A stretch of DNA of 20,000 nt from an uncultured virus (IMG/VR IMGVR_UViG_3300033075_001711) (taxonomy: Duplodnaviria; Heunggongvirae; Uroviricota; Caudoviricetes), in IMG/VR virus record IMGVR_UViG_3300033075_001711; one strand, written 5' to 3'. The notes beneath the pieces were generated by a model. It worked only from the letters and a program-made list of their open reading frames with translations, had not been told where the DNA came from and did no database searches. The stretch's first letter is position 1. Each line of letters begins with the position of its first letter. Both the position numbers and the translations under genes were made by a program. Shown here in pieces: positions 17,701 through 20,000 of this stretch.

Positions 17701-17783
17701 GAACCACAGTTTTAAGAACTGCTACAGATACAATTAATTATTCTGGTATTTTTGAAACTAATAGAACAAGGGTTATTACATAA
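14736..17783 (+). CDS. Fibre/spike protein with probable pectin-lyase-like beta-helix
   Basis: 'DYTSIKAAVDAA...YIIKVSPGTYTE.ITIP' is the usual cap before a right-handed beta-helix and is followed by an Ile/Gly/Asn-rich region. Also 'HIANTSNPHSVT', 'DHGNLTGLLDDDHTQY' and 'SRSDHVH' fibre motifs. Confidence 0.7.
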   Translation: MSFTWIAIAQNQIGSDVILKQLGITVPALGQITLTDYCTYSEIIDDEQLKEEINLGKLLISDGINNLNLSESINYVTPTTSYLDISTQIENATTTTGSIFDANKLLKLGGTGLLDGRDIGVDGSTLDSHIANTSNPHSVTATQVGKDTAQWNANKIQNILVDTTDLGDRKTLKYNANTLHLEYKKAIDLGNLLEVSPTGYDADYTSIKAAVDAAVLLGATITNPYIIKVSPGTYTENKITIPAGIIVTTHTGKRVSQVYVIAANPLDDLIVMTGGSVVGLDLSGVSDTSKALIRCETLNSLCSIYSVRVYNCSNGIIIGNGANVIILEFSCNITGANQKITTAIKIDGSLNSTSVFISQALFSVKSALLPLYTDNPINTAVYITGGAKATLMSCAFPIAYKNLNQVSVLVDAGSRVSLLFSYYENSATAIKIGSLGSNTKISIKGSEFRDCVTNFKIDSSTGTILVSGSVDDVKDDIVSGGKLSGNIDNTGDSESYLIGDYRYFYQADKSEIPFEKFFYYKLSSTVLGDVSLTELGGLDIEIGAGKGWIHRSSALNTSNYVTWNTTILTLDPNVISYIILDGSDFILKAVTSQPDFFENILIGICATDLTSILYTHIAYYDNTSPSSQLHEYLLNTRKFIANSGLITSAGSDVFKINVSNGSYYITTKLVQYSGVSDGTFKYYYNNGNSDTGNNTDVDISQYDNIGSLSTMTSGYYRSDTLYLTSDGRLSLIYGNNEYATQNEAKAASKASVFSIIEPSAISLARLIVKEGVGIVEFVDERITDSNGGSGGGLSVSDHGNLTGLLDDDHTQYLLVSGSRSMSGSLNMGTHSITNVNLVDGVDVSAHANRHNPGGLDALTTGVPVAITVGGSPSAGTASSYSLSDHQHTINSGTPVSVGLNNSDGTANTISRSDHVHSHSDIRQLIHFINNGPAESFSGAYRVITGGAFPSAITWYIDNTMVDKLFEIIITRNPNQTPSIIEYKIYDTDGTTVLRTATDTINYSGIFETNRTRVIT

Positions 17784-19156
17784 TGGGTGATTTTAGTCCA
17801 GCGGTTATACTTTATAATTCCACAGGAACTGCAACTTTAGCCTCTTCTACTAGCAATCCTGTGGGCAATGAAGAAGCTTTAGTAGTTAGGCCAATATCTA
17901 ATATTTCTAATCCAACATATGTTGAATTTTCAGATAATAGAACTTTAGATGCTTTTGGAAGATTAAGAGTATCAACTCCATTTAAATTATTTGAATCAAG
18001 ACATTTTTATGATAAAAATGCATTAGAATGGGCAGAAAAAATAGTAAATAACTCAGGAAATGCTACTATAACATATATAGCAAACAACTCTTTAGTTGAA
18101 TTAGCAGTTGGATCAGCAATAGGAGATAAAGTAGTAAGACAATCTTTTAGATATTTTCCATATTCTCCAGGAAATTCTTTTTTAGCTCTATTTACAGGAG
18201 TGTTAGAAGAAAATGGAGGTCAATCGGGAATAGTTTGTAGGGTAGGTTTTTTTGATGATGCGGCAGATAAAACTATAGATTCTGGTGGGGATGGTTTCTT
18301 TTTTCAATTGTCAGGAACTACTATGTCTATAGGAAAAAGAAGTTATATTACAGGATCTCAAGTAGATACTGTTGTAAATCAAAGCTCTTGGGACATAGAT
18401 AAATTAGATGGGGATGGCCCTAGTGGATTAACTGTAACAGATTTTTCAAAAGCTTATATATGGGCTATGGATTTTCAGTGGTTGGGTGTAGGACGAGTCC
18501 GAATAGGTCTAGTATTAGATGGAGTTTTTTATCCTGTCCACGTTTTTAATCATGCGGGACACATCTCATTACCATATTCTAGAACACTATCATTACCTGT
18601 TAGGTATGAAATTTCAAACACCACTGGAGTAAATACTGGAAAATTAAAACAGATTTGTAGTGCTATAGTATGTGAGGGTTCCGGTTCTTCTTTAGATGAG
18701 GTATATTTTTTTAAAGATTTTACTGCAGATACCGGAATAATACCAAAAACAGTTGGAGGAGCAGAAATTCCAGTTTTATCTTTAAGATTAAAATCTAATT
18801 TTAATAGGGCTTTGGCTTTTCCAAATAATATTGATGTTATGATTTCTTCTAATTCAGATAATGTAGTTTTATTTAGAGGATATTTAGATACCGTTTTGAC
18901 AGGAGCTTCTTGGGTTTCTGTAAATACTGAAAGTGTATGTGAATATGATAAAACAGCAAGTGCAGTTAATTTAGCAAACGCACATAAAATTTATTCTTCT
19001 TATGTTAAAGATAAAAGTACTTTCCATTTGGATGTTAGAAATTCTATTTTATATTCAAATGTTACGGGAACACCCGCAATATTTACTTTAACAGCTCAAA
19101 GTGTTGGTGGAGATGTCAGTGTTTTTGCAGCAACAACTATTTCAGAGTTAAAATAA
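17783..19156 (+). CDS. Conserved phage beta-sandwich (lectin-like) putative virion protein
   Basis: TAATG coupling to the upstream gene. 'DAFGRLRVSTP..LF', 'RQSFRYFPYSPG', 'RVGFFD...DGFFF', 'VNQSSWDIDKLDG.GPSG', 'DFQWLGVGRVRIG' and 'LPVRYEI' are motifs I recognise from a widespread uncharacterised phage family. Confidence 0.7.
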   Translation: MGDFSPAVILYNSTGTATLASSTSNPVGNEEALVVRPISNISNPTYVEFSDNRTLDAFGRLRVSTPFKLFESRHFYDKNALEWAEKIVNNSGNATITYIANNSLVELAVGSAIGDKVVRQSFRYFPYSPGNSFLALFTGVLEENGGQSGIVCRVGFFDDAADKTIDSGGDGFFFQLSGTTMSIGKRSYITGSQVDTVVNQSSWDIDKLDGDGPSGLTVTDFSKAYIWAMDFQWLGVGRVRIGLVLDGVFYPVHVFNHAGHISLPYSRTLSLPVRYEISNTTGVNTGKLKQICSAIVCEGSGSSLDEVYFFKDFTADTGIIPKTVGGAEIPVLSLRLKSNFNRALAFPNNIDVMISSNSDNVVLFRGYLDTVLTGASWVSVNTESVCEYDKTASAVNLANAHKIYSSYVKDKSTFHLDVRNSILYSNVTGTPAIFTLTAQSVGGDVSVFAATTISELK

Positions 19157-19157
19157 A

Positions 19158-20000
19158 ATGATTATAGTTAAAGTTTCATACTCAATTTTCAGTTCTTTTT
19201 TAACTTCCGACCATTTATTTTCTTTTTCATATTTAGCTATAACAGGGACTACTGGATATACTACAGTTTATGTAAAGAATGGATTTGCTTTTGTTTGTGA
19301 TATTTTAGATCTCGTAGATATTAGTGATTTTACTTTAAATTGGTTAGGTTCCGGAGTTTTAGTTAATAGTGTTCAAGATGGAATCTCAAGAGGACATACT
19401 GTATATAAATTATCTAAAATAACTGATGGAACTAATGAAGTAGCAGTAACTGGATCTAATGCTTTAAAAATAGATGGTACAGTTACACAATCTGGTACTT
19501 GGAATATAACTAATATTTCAGGAACTATTTCTTTACCTACTGGAGCCTCAACTTCAGCATTACAGTTAACAGGAAATACAAATTTATCTAGCATTGATGG
19601 AAAAACTCCCGCTTTAGGCCAAACTACTATGGCTGGAAGTTCCCCTGTTGTAATAGCATCAAATCAAACTGTAATTCCTGTGTCAGATAATAGTGGATCT
19701 TTAACTGTAGATGGTACAGTTAGTGCTGTGCAATCTGGTACATGGAATATAAATAATGTTTCTGGAACTATTAGTTTGCCTACAGATGCAGCTACAGAAA
19801 CTTCATTAGCTAAATTAACTTTATCTCAAGGGTCTTCTACATCAGGACAATCAGGAACATTAATTCAGGGAGCTGTAACAACATCTGCTCCAAGTTATTC
19901 CAGTACTCAAACTTCTCCATTATCTTTAAATACTTCAGGAGGTTTGAGAGTAGATGGTTCGGGTGTAATACAACCTGTAAGTCAAAATGGAACTTGGACA
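19158..20000 (+). CDS. Beta-strand repeat fibre-like protein (3' truncated; absent from the ORF track)
   Basis: ATG at 19158, open to the window end (MIIVKVSYSIF...). Repeats DGTVTQSGTWNITNISGTISLPTGA / DGTVSAVQSGTWNINNVSGTISLPTDA / DGSGVIQPVSQNGTWT. Confidence 0.75.
   Translation, partial: MIIVKVSYSIFSSFLTSDHLFSFSYLAITGTTGYTTVYVKNGFAFVCDILDLVDISDFTLNWLGSGVLVNSVQDGISRGHTVYKLSKITDGTNEVAVTGSNALKIDGTVTQSGTWNITNISGTISLPTGASTSALQLTGNTNLSSIDGKTPALGQTTMAGSSPVVIASNQTVIPVSDNSGSLTVDGTVSAVQSGTWNINNVSGTISLPTDAATETSLAKLTLSQGSSTSGQSGTLIQGAVTTSAPSYSSTQTSPLSLNTSGGLRVDGSGVIQPVSQNGTWT

Noticed and set aside
19373..19594. Minus-strand 73-aa ORF
   Set aside because: Antisense to the open plus-strand frame 19158..>20000.
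1..20000. Genome-wide stop-codon reassignment (TAG or TGA)
   Set aside because: Genes over 1000 aa are intact under the standard code, packing is tight, and TGA stops occur in ATGA overlaps. Only the TAG at 2182-2184 is suggestive.

Overview
AT-rich, densely packed, single-strand (+) segment that looks like part of a large tailed phage genome, at the transition from an accessory block into virion genes. Order: truncated metallophosphoesterase; sce7726-like PD-(D/E)XK protein; three small genes carrying four divergent copies of one ~65-80 aa domain that resembles the A-domain of an HK97-fold major capsid protein; HNH endonuclease; GH5-like lipoprotein with a G9 tract; three paralogous beta-rich, probably virion proteins interleaved with a second lipoprotein and small ORFs (including an FmdB-type zinc ribbon and a DUF5659-like protein); a probable head-tail connector; a free-standing LAGLIDADG endonuclease flanked by hairpins; four large fibre/spike-like proteins, the last truncated. 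The best candidate for an undescribed system is the array of stand-alone capsid-like domains (936-2184), whose last copy may have been interrupted by the HNH gene. All family calls are from motif recognition only; no searches were run.
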